A stretch of 63,856 nucleotides of DNA, the filler included, from Reclinomonas americana ATCC 50394 (Eukaryota): the NCBI GenBank assembly GCA_048213135.1. It is 15 parts of 15 records of this genome, joined end to end, with 100 filler letters (N's around TTAATTAATTAA, not from the genome) between each part and the next. Parts side by side here need not be neighbours in the genome. Positions count along the whole stretch, not along the records: positions 34,325 to 44,432 come from AFZH01023118.1; positions 44,533 to 46,719 come from AFZH01023119.1; positions 46,820 to 50,353 come from AFZH01023120.1; 12 more parts are not named here. One strand, written 5' to 3'. Below are positions 38,336 to 50,345 of this stretch, piece by piece. The notes below the pieces were generated by a model. The model was not told the origin of the DNA. It worked only from the letters and a program-made list of their open reading frames with translations, and searched no databases. Position 1 is the stretch's first letter; every line of letters begins with the position of its first letter. The translations under genes and the position numbers were made by a program.

Positions 38336-39309
38336 GGTGGTTGCGGTGGTGGTGGTACCGCCGCCGTCGTGGCGCTGGTCGGCGTCAGCGAGGTTGCGAC
38401 TGGCGGCAATGCCGGTGTAATGGCCGGCGGCAACGTAGGCGACGTAAGCAGCAGACCAGCCGTGTGCGGCAGCTTCCCGCGATCGCGACCACGTGGAGGT
38501 GGTGAGGTTGGTGTGGCGGTGACGGGCGATGAAAACAGCGGCGTTGCAATGTCTGCCGGCACTGCTCCACCAGCAGCACCATTGGTGTCACTATGCGGAC
38601 GAGGAGCAGCCGGCTCAGCAGCCGGATCAGCTGGCCGATGCCGCTTGCGCGGTGGAGATTGCCGGAGGGACCGATGTTGGAGCCGACACTGACGGCGGCG
38701 GCAGCGAGCCCAGCAGCGACATGGACGGCAGCGACGGCAGCGGGGGGATTAGAGAGGCAGCTGCGGCGTCCACCGTCGACGCGTCAAGGCCGTGGAGTCC
38801 GAATGTGGCGCCGACATGGCCGACACGGCACGCGGAGGTAACAGTAGTGGTCGCGATCGATGCTTCTCCGTGGCGAGCATTCGCACCTGCTTGTAGGGCG
38901 CCAGGCGATGCAACACCGGGTCACGCAGTTGATGCTGCTGGTCATGAAATGGTGGGGCGCGAGGGCTGTGTGCGTGCGGTAGATTTAAATGAGCACAAGT
39001 GGCGCGGAGCACACACACGTATACGAAAAGAGAGGAGACAAACCGTCAGCAGCTTTGACACGTCGCTGGGTCCCGATGAACGACGCGTCGACACCGATCC
39101 ACCGGCGAATGATGGAGGCGGCGGCACTTGTGGCGCTCCAAACATGGGCGAGAAGGATGCGCCCAGTGCTGAGGCGGCGGACGCGTGTGGCAAGTCTGCT
39201 CGATCAACGGCATTCATCATCAGAACGTCGGGGAGCATTGTCGAGGAGGCCGACGATGAGCGCGTGTGCGGGTGGTGCGCACCACCCACAAACGACAGAG
39301 GCGGCAGAA

Positions 39310-39780
39310 ACCCGACAGGCCCGTGACCGTGCACTGCGACACGGTGCTCGTCGTCGACAGCGTGCACATGCTGGGCGACGTGGTCGAAGGCACAAATGGT
39401 GCGGTAGTCGGCCGCCGACTGCAGCTGCAGAATCGCCATACCAGTGTTAACGTCAACGTTGGCCGGTGCCACCGCCGACGATCGCGAGACCACGGTTACC
39501 ACGAGTGCCCGACTCAGCGGCAGCACGGCGGAGGCCGACACCTGGGGTCTTGCGGCGTACGCGTGATGCTGCCGATGGTGAGGGAGAGGTTGGAGGCTCG
39601 GCGCCGCAGTACCAAAAGCACCACCCAGCGTGCCCGCAATGCTGATGTGCGCCGAGATCGTGTACGTACGCAAACGCCGGCTTCAGGCGATTGATAGTGC
39701 AACGCCACTCGCCATTGGTGTCGGCCGTCGCGGCCAGGAGTCGGTGAGCGCTCTCCAATCGGCATATAACACAGCAACAA
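39310..39780 (-). pseudogene. Frameshifted fragment of a fibronectin-type-III-like protein
   Basis: Across frames: TADTNGEWRCTINRLKPA / RTYTISAHISI and MCTLSTTSTVSQCTVTGLSG, resembling the FN3 C.V.GL.PG..Y signature. Confidence 0.4.
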
Positions 39781-40108
39781 CAAATGACAAGTGGACCACC
39801 AGCACACGCGACTGCGCACGGTCGTCATTCTGTCGCTCTTGCGAGCGTGTGCGTGCGTGTGAACAATCGCGGGTGAGATCGTCAACGACGTCGACGTCGA
39901 TCAGACCTTGATGTCCTGTGACCCGATCTGGACCCGCCCCGCCCGCCCGCCGACTCTCGGTCGACTCACGCCATACATCTTCAGCGAGATCAGGTAACTG
40001 AGGGCCACACGTTCGTTGTTCTTCTCAGCCATTCTGAGCTCAGTGATAAAGCCTCCTCACAGGCAGACAGACAGATCTGTGTTCGCACATTCTTGATCAC
40101 CGTCCGCA

Positions 40109-41402
40109 ATGTCCGTCAGCGGCGAGCCTGGAGGAAGTTCGTCAACAGTTGAAAAGAGTAACGTTCTTGCCTGGCGCAACTACATTGCCGACAGCATCGG
40201 CAATCTTGCCGACATCAACGACCTATTCGTCGACCGAATGCAAGTCGGTTTGGAGCAACTCAGCAGCTTCGGCATCGTGGCGTCTCTACTCTTTGGGTTC
40301 TCTGTCGCCTGGATTGAGGTGCGTGTGTGTACACTTTCTCGCAGAGTGAAATGTGTGTGCGCTGGTTTACCGCCATGTCGTGCAAATCCAAATCACAGAC
40401 ACCTTCCGACCAGGGGTCGTCTTCGAGCGGCACTGCTCCGAGTCAGCCCGGTGATGCTCCTTCGCGAGGGAGATCAGCACTCTCTGCCATCATCCTGGCC
40501 ATATGGTTGGTGTTTTTGATGCTAATCATTCGCAACTCGAAGTACTTGGCGCGACTCAAGTCAGCGGTGAGAATCATCTATGTCAACTGCATACGCTGTC
40601 AATCTTGCACTCAAAGCAAACGCACCTGTAGCTGGGATTTGATTCGGAGTGCCGTGTCAAGTCATTGGAGCGGGATATCAAGTGGCTGCGCGAAACCCGT
40701 CACCTGCTGTTGCTGGAGGACGCATGCTATTCCCTTGAGAACCTCAGAAGCCTTCGGCTTGAGGTCACTGACGAGGCGCGGCGGATCGCAGCGTGGCTCG
40801 GGTGGACATTGCGATATCTGATGGTTCTGTTGGGAGTTCAGGTCTGCGCAATGGAGTGAGTTGCTGCTGGTATTGTTCCCTCACAGCTGCTTGACACACA
40901 GCTGGTGCTCAGGCTCCTGTTGGTCGGAAATGATGGCTACGAGGCAACAACCTTTATTGTTGCTGCTGCAGCCGCGATTTGGGCATGGCCAGTGCTCTTT
41001 CTTCTCTTTTCTGGAACATGGACGCCCGCGACTCCAGCAGATCGTCGTCCTGGACCATCTCTTGCTTCCCCACTGACATCAGGAAGACAGATGAATGACC
41101 GCACAGCCACTTTCGTCGCACGTGCTGGGCGGGAGCGTCCATGGCGTCGTTGCGACTTAATCTCCGTCGTCGCTGCTCATGTCCTGGGAACCGTGTTTCC
41201 GTTCCGTGGCGACGTTGACACTGCGGAGGTGCTCGACAACGACTTCGGCGCTTGCTGGGCTCGGTTCCGGGTGTGGAGAATGCATTTCGATGTGCTTTGT
41301 GATGCTGCCAAGCGCGAGGCAGACGAAGTGGGTCGCTTGACGCGCGATCCGTGGCCAGATGCAGTACTTGAACAAGAACAAGACTCAGAGTCTGAAGATT
41401 AA
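40109..41402 (+). CDS. Intact four-exon, ~4-TM membrane protein, possibly Orai-like
   Basis: Exons ~40109-40318, 40399-40566, 40632-40841, 40902-41402 join in phase 0 through GT..AG introns into one open frame. TM1 is EQLSSFGIVASLLFGFSVAWIE. Confidence 0.75.
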
Positions 41403-41599
41403 AATCGAGTGTGGGAGTTGCTCGTGAGAGTTTTCCAAGTATTTACGCTATATTATTTACAAGTGATTGGCAGTGGTCCGTGCCCTGCGTCTGCATTCGT
41501 GTCAAGCAACTTGGAAGTTCACGCCCTGCCACTCCGGATGCGAGGTTCTGCGCCAAGGTGAGTGGACGTCCGCGACCTCGCACTAATGGTCATTTCGGT

Positions 41600-42600
41600 G
41601 TACTGCGCAAAGCAACCGTTAAGAAAAGGGCTATCGATACTCCATCAGAGATCTGCACATACCGTTTCTTTGCGCTGGTGCGCGCGACGGCTCTCTTCGT
41701 GTAGCTTGGGCTGTCGAGGCGACATTGCCGGGATGGGAGCAGTCGCAGCAGAGGGCGCTGATGGTGTCGGTTCTCGTCGAGCTCGAGGGTGCGTAGACAA
41801 CTTCTCAGTGAGTCGGGGGGTGGGCCCGCGCGCAGCTGGCACACGCGCAGTGGCACCCGGCGGCGGAAAATCGCCGTACGCCTCGTCGCGAATCGGTGTC
41901 GGAGTGGGTCGAGGTGGAGGCGTCGGCCGAGGACGCGGAGGTTTGGGCCTCTTCGGTGGATCCTCCGGTGGGGACGCAGTTCCGGATACTCGTCTCTGTT
42001 TCGCCAACTCGGTAACCCGAGAGACCAGATCCTCCTTGATGCCGGTGACACGCTCACCATTGTGCTTGAGAATCGACTTGAGTTGAGGGACCTTTAGTTC
42101 GTTGAGCTTGTAGCATGCGCAGAGAAATGAAAAACAGAGCGACAATGCATACGGGAGTGCTCGTGCATCAGCGTACCATGTTGGCTCGTATCAGCAAGTC
42201 GTAGTCAATGTCTGGAACATCGACGAAACCTCCCTGGATCTCGCGAACGTGGTCATAAGCCGGCTCGAGGGTGGAGGCGATGAACTTCTCCACACGAAGC
42301 ACCAACTCTGGTTTGCTGCCAGAGCATTTAGCGCCATGACTGCGGAGAAATCCTCGCAGGTCATTCACCCCCACATCCCCGAGCTGCGAGTCATTCGACA
42401 ACCCACGATCAGCTGCAGGCGGCGGCACTTTTGCAAGTCAAACCAATCGTGATTTCACGGAAACACACCGTGCGAGACCTTGCGACGCGAAGCCAATCGA
42501 TTGCGGCGGCCGCAGGTGCTGCATGCTGGTGTAGGCGTGCTCTCAACTCATCGACGGCGTTCGTGTCTGCATCGGCATCAGTCCCGGGCCCGCCGCGCAA
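41600..42600 (-). CDS. Protein with two SAP DNA-binding motifs and a Pro-rich tail (ends uncertain)
   Basis: LGDVGVNDLRGFLRSHGAKCSGSKPELVLRV and LNELKVPQLKSILKHNGERVTGIKEDLVSRV both match the SAP consensus. Confidence 0.75.
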
Positions 42601-43637
42601 GACAGCACGAGAAGCCTTGGCTTGTAAACGCGCTGAGTGCGAGAGAGAATGCCATTAAATAAGCGCAAAAGCAATTGCAAGCAAAACAAGAAGAACTCTC
42701 TTCCTCCGCACAGTGCACCGTACGGCTTTTCCTTGGCTGCTGCATGCGGAGGGGGTGCGCGCATGGGCGACACCGCGCCATCACGCACAGATGCAGCACC
42801 TTGCAATTGTCGCCTGGCAGCCACGTCGAACACCTCGAGATTCGAGACGAAATGAACTGCGCCTCCGTGCCGGAGAGCGCCACTGCGACCGTAGAGCGAC
42901 GGGTCGTGCAAGGTCTCCATTTGCCAGTGGGTGAGGAGTGTGGCGGGAATTCGTCGATCTGTTGGTCTCCGAATTCACTTTGGTCTTCTCTTCTCTGCCT
43001 TTCTCAAACATCCAGCGTGAAACACGCAGAACTTGTAAGTGTCCCTCTGCCGTCGATGCACGCTGATAGTATTCTGATGCTCTCTTCTCTGAGTCTCACT
43101 CCTCATGATCAATGCACTCCTGCTCTCACACTCCACGAGCGGGCACCACAAGCGTCTGCGCGCTTGACCCGTGTGTGTACCCTGTCCGTGATCACACGGG
43201 ATAGAACAGTTCTTGTCGAAGATCGTCTGAAGCACAGCGCTTGCAAGCTTGTGTTGCCGTGCACTTCACATGCATCCTTTCACGAAGAATGACGCGTGCT
43301 TTCTCACACGCTAGCGCTGTGGTGCTGCAGGTGTCGACGTCGAGGAGGTTTCCATTCGACTCGCGGCTATGTCAATCCCTGCAATTGCTGACTTTGGCCA
43401 GGTTTGCTTATTCGAAAAAAACTCTTGATAGACTGCTGAACAATGTATCGGCATGACCTCCAGATACCAGTTAGACCTCAGCCTGCAGCGGATGGCGACC
43501 GCCGTGCTGATGCAGCCGAGGCTCACCGTCTAGACGATAGCGATCACGATTCGAATGCCGTCGAAAGTCACCCTGCAGAGGACGGCGAAAGTGACATAGG
43601 GTCGGATGCCTCCGGATCCGGCGGTCACTTGCAACCA

Positions 43638-43770
43638 CCTCAAGTGGACGGTGGTGGCGGTCCGAATGCCGCCGGTGGTCAGCCTCAAGTGGATGGTGGT
43701 GGCGGTCCGAATGCCGCCGGTGGTCAGCCTCAAGTGGATGGTGGTGGCGGTATCGGTCCGAATGCCGCTC
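43638..43770 (+). repeat. 45-bp coding minisatellite (~3 copies; PQVDGGGGPNAAGGQ) in an unidentified ORF (43443-43871)
   Basis: cctcaagtgga(c/t)ggtggtggcggtccgaatgccgccggtggtcag repeated. Confidence 0.85.
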
Positions 43771-44703
43771 CGAATCCAGCGCTGCTGTGCCTCGTTTATC
43801 GCGGGGGTGAGCATCCGGTCAGTGCCTCTCGTAATTATGTAGTGTGCCTGAAGCAATCAGCACGTTATTGACGCTGCTGTATCTCCATGCACACAACGGC
43901 CACGATCATGAAGCGTCGGATACGTGCGAATACCCTTGACGGATTCCTTTCTCGCGCGCGATTGCGTCTATGCACCAGCCAAAAATGCAACTCGTGTATC
44001 ACCCTCATCTATAGGGCTAGCCCCGGGCCTGCCAACGTCGGTGGTCTCCATCCAGTACCACATGCATGGATCCAGCTCCGAGATACGGAGGTTTCGTTGT
44101 TTGTCGGCAGCATCGTGCAATCTAGAATTTTGAATGACCAACTCACGAGTCTCGTGCTCTTTCGACGGTGTATATAACAGGACTGGACAGACTTGACTCA
44201 GCTGCGCGTGGCACCAGACGTCGACTGGGTTGACATTCGAGCGACCAACCTTTGCGAGGCCTGCTGTTGCTATCTATGCATCGAGTCGTCGTGGAACTCA
44301 ATCCTGTGCTGCTGGTGGTGCTTTTGCTAGCAGACTGCGACCATAGTTGCATGCACCCTCATGATTACGAGATCCCTGTAAACGGAGACTTGTAGGCCAT
44401 ACTCGTCTCTCTCTCTCTCTCTCTCTCTCTCTNNNNNNNNNNNNNNNNNNNNNNNNNNNNNNNNNNNNNNNNNNNNTTAATTAATTAANNNNNNNNNNNN
44501 NNNNNNNNNNNNNNNNNNNNNNNNNNNNNNNNGTACGTACGTACGTCGTCGTCGTCGTCGGTTCGGTTCGGTTCGTTCGTTCGTACGTACGTACGACGTA
44601 CGTACGTACGTACGTACGTACGTACGTACGTACGTACCGTACCGTACCTACGTACGTACGTACGTACGTACGTACGTACGTACGTACGTACGTACGTACG
44701 TAC

Positions 44704-44769
<66 letters not shown>

Positions 44770-45336
44770 GACCCTGGGAGAGGCGGGGACTTTAGCATGC
44801 TACCATGCTGCTACGAGGGCGTTAGTTGGCGCTACCAAGCGCTAACTCGCTGCTAGTTGAAGTGAATTGCATGTTCTAGTTTGCTACGACGCGGTAGCAG
44901 GTGAAGTGCACTGCTACGACGACGTTAGCGGGTGACTGCGTCATGAAATTTCCCACCTCTCATTCGCTCACACAGCAGAGTTCACAGCAGTGCTTGGACG
45001 GCGTGAGGGAGTGGGTGGTGTGTGCTGCGCCGCCACCGATGCGGCGCACGGCGACAGGCTGGCGGTGCGTTGGCTGCTGATTGGGTCGATTGTGTACATG
45101 TGTGCGACACCTTGGCTGACCGATGTACATGTGCACCTGTCACACACAGCTCATCGACCTGCGCTGCAGCTGCTAGTTGGTGGCTGGCGCGTGGACGGCG
45201 TGAGGGAGTGGGTGGTGTGTGCTGCGCCGCCACCGATGCGTGGGTTGCTAGCGTCCCAATCCATCGCACTGACGGCGGCAGACAACGACGCGCTGGCTGA
45301 CAAAGTGCGGCACTACATGCGTAACGAAGTGCGGTT

Positions 45337-45796
45337 TTATTGCTGTGCGCTTCCACCGACGTGCCGTGTCGCTGCTCAGAGTTGCGTCGCGTGTGGTGGA
45401 CGTGCAAGTGAGGGAGGTGATGTGTACTGAATGGGGAATGAGCAGCTCGTCGAAATGATGCCCAGGCAGCCGGAGCACGCAGCACTGCTGCGCGACATTC
45501 GCTACTGGCTGGAGGACGTGAGCTCGGCGTTTAGTGTGGGCCCGCGAGAACCGGCCGTGTCGCGCAACCTGGCCGTCGTGAACGCCTTCCTGGCCGAGTG
45601 CGTTCCCGCGGAGCAAATGCCGGACGCCGACACCCTGCAGCGCATCGTGCGTCACTCGCAAGACTACCTCGCCAGCCAACCCAATCTGCAGATCGACGAC
45701 CGGCAACGAGTCACCAACATCATTGCGCTAGCCTCGGCCAAACTGCGCCGCATCGCCGACGCAGAACGTGAAGCACGCATGCAGATCGCTCAGTGA
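45337..45796 (+). pseudogene. 5'-truncated duplicate of the TMEM260-like 3' end
   Basis: Encodes the same 121-aa ORF as 25513-25878, but upstream sequence is unrelated to the TMEM260-like gene. Confidence 0.8.
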
Positions 45797-46018
45797 AATG
45801 AAAAAGCAAAGCAAAAGAGCAAGTGACATCAGCATTGCGAAGCATCGTCGATGCAGAATGCCCAAAGAAAACAGCGCCAGCAAATGAGCGAAAGCTGCGC
45901 CGCATCGCCGATGCAGAACGTGAAGCATGCATGCAGTGCGCCCAGTGAAAGAATAACAGCCAGCAAAGAGAGCACAAGACACCAGGCATTGCATTTTCAA
46001 ACAACACCACCACCGGCC

Positions 46019-46412
46019 TCACGCCGACAACAGCCGATACGCATCGTAGAGAATGTAGTCGGTCTGCCCGTCCTTGGCCAACAAGAACTGCTCGGAAAAC
46101 ACCCGACTCTTGTTCTCTGCAAACTCCACCGAGCCGCTGACCAGCACCAGCTTGGCCACCTCTCCACCCACAAACACCGGCTGGCAGTCGAACGCCGTAA
46201 TCACGTGCTTGGAGAAGGGCAGCTGTTGCTGGAAGAAGGCGTCAATGTTGCGGCATCCCGTGTATGGTGTGCCATCCCACACCAGTGTGGAGTTGTCGCG
46301 GTATAGTTGTGCCACATCCTGGAGAGGGAAAGGGTGAGAGGGGAGGAAGAGGAGAAGGCGGAGGGAGAAGAGAGAGAAAGAGAGAGAGGGGTGTGTGTGC
46401 GTGCGTGCGTGC

Positions 46413-46484
<72 letters not shown>

Positions 46485-46650
46485 AACGTGTCTCTTGTGG
46501 TCGAGCCATCGATAGAAGATGTTCTGCACAAACTCATCGGCCGCTGCAACACGCAGACAGTGAGTGTGAAGGCGAATGAAGGGAAGGGAGAGGAGAGGAG
46601 ACATGGGCACCTCTGATGGTCTCCAGCACCGCTGCGCTGAGGTCTGACAT
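46019..46650 (-). CDS. NXT1: NTF2-related export protein NXT1-like (copy 2, complete, 3 exons)
   Basis: MSDLSAAVLETIR|AADEFVQNIFYRWLDHKRH|DVAQLYRDNSTLVWDG..YDAYRLLSA*. Confidence 0.88.
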
Positions 46651-46819
46651 CGTGAAGAACAAGCGAAGATCAGTCGATTGTGTGGTTTGATGAAACTCTC
46701 TTACAATGACTTCGCGCGTNNNNNNNNNNNNNNNNNNNNNNNNNNNNNNNNNNNNNNNNNNNNTTAATTAATTAANNNNNNNNNNNNNNNNNNNNNNNNN
46801 NNNNNNNNNNNNNNNNNNN

Positions 46820-47021
46820 GCTGGGCATGATCTGGGGGATTGTGTTGATTCTTCTCGGCATCCTCACCGCCGTCTTCTTTGGCCTGCAAGTCAGGTTCTC
46901 CGGCGCTCTCATGGCTCCCTTTTGCTGTGTGGTGCTGTATGCGGTGATTGTGCTGCTGAACCTCAAGTACGTTCTCAAGCCACTAGTGCCGGGGCCGGAT
47001 GCCGGGATCTTCATGCAATGA
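46820..47021 (+). CDS. 3' exon of small membrane protein, possibly TspO-like (copy 2)
   Basis: Same translation as 26933-27127. Confidence 0.45.
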
Positions 47022-47479
47022 TGGTGATGAGGAGAAGAAAAAGGAAAATAAAGGAGCTTGTTTGTTGTAGCTCTTGTTGGCTTTGAGGGTGGATGTAGAC
47101 ATTTTCACAGCAGCGTAAATGATCATGCTTCATCATGGCAGCATCAACACCGAGGAGGAGCCGCAGCGAGAGACAATGAGAAGGGTCACGATATCGCGAT
47201 CCAGCTGAATACCACAACCCCAGATGGCCATCGAGACTGCATTCCAACCGCGCCCGCTGAGATGGTGTCGAGTGCAGGGGCAGGAGTATCCACAGACCCA
47301 GCAAATGCAGCACTTCTTTCTGCTCGTCCACATTGATCCACAACAAGACGAGTCACACGCACAATCTCGTGATGGGTACTCCCTCCCCACAGCTGCATTT
47401 GCTCCACGCAGCCATGCTCAAAAAAAAAGCGCAACCCGCCTTCACTCGCTACCTCTCTCTCTACTCCTCGCCCTCATCT

Positions 47480-48645
47480 CTATTCCACCGCCACCACACC
47501 ATTGTAGTGCTCCCCAGCTGTAAACATGCGCAGATGGTACGACAGGCGAATCGTCCGCTCATCACGGTTGCCGTCGCCAAACGAGAACCCGCTCGTGCCC
47601 GCCTGATACACCATCACGCGACACTGCAACGCGTCGGCCAGCGCCTGCAGCTCCAGGTGGCCACCCCAGTCACTCGACGACTCCACCGTGCGGCAGTAGC
47701 CCTCGTAGGCCTCGTCCGTCAGCGGCCCACTGCTCTCGTCTTGCTCCTCGGCGGCCACAAACGGACCAAACTGATCGCGATGAGCACGCAGGTGCGCAGC
47801 CACCAGCGCACGCACCGTCAGGTGCGTCGATTCACCGCCACCACCGAGACCGAGCCGATTCATCTGGTCGGCCACGGCCCGATACAGGCAGTGGCCATCG
47901 GAGGGGACCTGCAATGGAAGCATGAGCGAACACAAGAGAAAGACGTTTACGCCTCCCCTCTTCCCAGAACCGCACCATCTTCACAGTCAGGCCGAGCGGT
48001 CTCAAAATCTCCATCAGCACCGCCATCTCCCGCTCGCCCGGCGACACATGCGACGCCAGCAGACGGTCAAACTCTTCTTGCGCCGCTCGTTCCTCCGCCA
48101 GTCGCTTCTCACGTCGTCGCTGACTACGCGTCTTCCCATCAGATGCTGCTGCTGCTGCTCCAGTGGTGTCTGCAGCAGCAGCAGTGGTGGTGGTGGTCGT
48201 TGTCGTTGTCGAGGAGGAGCTTGACGCAGCAGTCTGAAGAGAGAGAGTGAGTGAGTGAGTTGCCTCATTGAGCGCATTCTCTCTTTCTCCTTTGATGATT
48301 ACCATGGCTGCGGCCGCATCCAGTGCTTCCACCTCTGCCTGTTGTTTCCCACGCAGCGCCTCCTCTGCCTCCTTGGCCTCCTTTTGTAGCGCCTTTTTCG
48401 CGTTCTTGTCCTTTTTCAGCGCACGGCCCTTCTTGTCGAACTCGTCGCGGAGTGCCTGTTGGCAGCGACTGAGTGAGTGAGTGAGTGAATGTGCACAGAG
48501 AGAGAGAATACTCATTGTGGACCTTGATTTCGCGCTTGTGTCGCTGCAGCATTTTGCCGCGCGATTCGCTGCCCCCCTCTGTCTCCTCCCCGCCCTCCTC
48601 ATCCTCCACCTCGTCGCCTGATGACGCGTACTCGTCGTCGCTCAT
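47480..48645 (-). CDS. OTUD6B: OTU-domain deubiquitinase, OTUD6B/Otu2-like
   Basis: N-terminal MLQRHKREIK and coiled coil; catalytic VPSDGHCLYRAVADQ; WGGHLELQALA; LSYHLRMFTAGEHYN. Confidence 0.92.
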
Positions 48646-49477
48646 GGGTGCTTGCTTGCGTGGAAATGACTTGTCCCACGCGCGTGGGAGTTCGACGTTC
48701 ACTGTAGTGCGAGACATGTGCGGTGATGGATTTGTGCATCGGCGATGGTGCCGTGCTTGAGAGACTGCAAGCAGTTCTGTGCATTTTTTTGAGGAGGTCT
48801 GGAAGCACATGAAAACAACTTCGAATTCGAAAATGCAGTTTTTGACTGTAATGCTGGCGTTTCTGCAAGAGAGAAACCACGGCCCGTGACAACTGCAGGT
48901 TTTGCCATTGACTTCAGTGGCAGCGCACGGATAGAATTCTGGAGGCCCATATATATTTCCGCCAAGAAGAGAACCAGGGAAAAGTCGTGCCTGCTTCGAT
49001 TTCGGCTGCCAAGAATTCGATCGCGAATTCACCGGCTTTGTTTGAGACGCGTTTCCCACTTTCTGGAATTACGCAGCGACGGTGCAGCCCCACTTGGGTT
49101 TTTTACCCTGCCTGGCGCAATACGCGCGGCGCTGCGGTGCGCCCAGTAATTCAAATCGACTTCGCAATCGATGTATTTCGAATACCGCAGCTCGTTTCGG
49201 GTTCTCGCGAATCGAAGCTATTGAAGGCTAAGGGCTGCACCAAACCATCCAGCTTCCAGCGCTGAAAAACAAGCTGCTTTCGATTTCGAATTCGTTTTGC
49301 CCCTGGGCCTGCTGCTGAATTCGAATTCGAATGACGAGTGCCATCCTCACCGCTTCGTGATTACCCATCACAAAATATAGCATCACCAGGCCCCCTTGGC
49401 CACACATCCTCCAACTTCAATTTCGGTCGACCCGCGCAATTTCGCGGGTCAATCAACGTGAATTTTTTTTGTGAGCA

Positions 49478-50278
49478 ATGGCGACCCGACTGGAGCTGCA
49501 GAGCTACTTGCAAGAGAAGCGCGTGGAGGAGATACTATCAGAGGTCGTGCAGGAGGTGCTGCGCGAGCGACCAGACGGTGTGTGCATGCTCTCTCACGCA
49601 CACACACACACTTGACACACACAAAGAAGAAAGAAGAGAGCGCGTGCAGTGACCGTTGTTTGCGTGCCTCACTCATTTCGGCACTTTTCAACTTTGCGCC
49701 ACTTTCTCTCTCTCACTCTCTCTCTGTGTGTGTGTCTCCACAGATGTCATTGCGTTTATGCAGTCGTCACTGGAGGAGATGAAGCAGCGTTTTGCCCCGA
49801 GAAAGGAGGTGAAGATTGACACAAACACAACACAAATGAGTGTCATTGTAACGTATTTCTCACGCACACACACGCGTATACATTGTGCTCTCTCTCCCCC
49901 TGTCTCTCTGTGTGCGTGCCTCTCTCTGTTTGTCTGACTTCTTGTGTATTGTTGTCTGTGTTTGATGTTTGTGTTTTGTGTGTTTTGTGTTGTTTGTTAC
50001 ATACACACAGGCGCAACCGTTCTTCTTGCCTGAGAGCCCGCTTGACACCGAGTCGGATGCTGACGTGGCGGCGTTGCTGGGTCGTCGGTACTCGCAGGCG
50101 CGCTCGCGTCGCATGTTGCGTGATCGCCCCCACCCCATCGCACGCACACAAACGCACACACGCGCGCAGACAGACAGAGACAGGGAAAGAGGGCGAGAGT
50201 GTGTGTGTGAGAGAGCAAGGCAGAGAGAAAGAGGGGAGGACGAGAGACAACGCGCGTTTGCACTCTGACAATCGTACA

Positions 50279-50345
<67 letters not shown>

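Larger units (their letters stand above)
45337..47312 (+). repeat. Right copy of ~2 kb direct segmental duplication
   Basis: Matches 25419-27393 with scattered SNPs/indels and fewer 3' repeat units. Confidence 0.92.

Noticed and set aside
37952..39326. Long plus-strand ORFs opposite the capsid and Pro-rich segment (246 and 265 aa)
   Set aside because: Shadow ORFs of GC-rich minus-strand coding sequence; no recognisable motifs.
32574..44432. Complete autonomous Polinton/virophage
   Set aside because: No protein-primed polymerase, integrase, packaging ATPase (Walker A/B), protease or terminal inverted repeats were recognised; only a remnant is supported.
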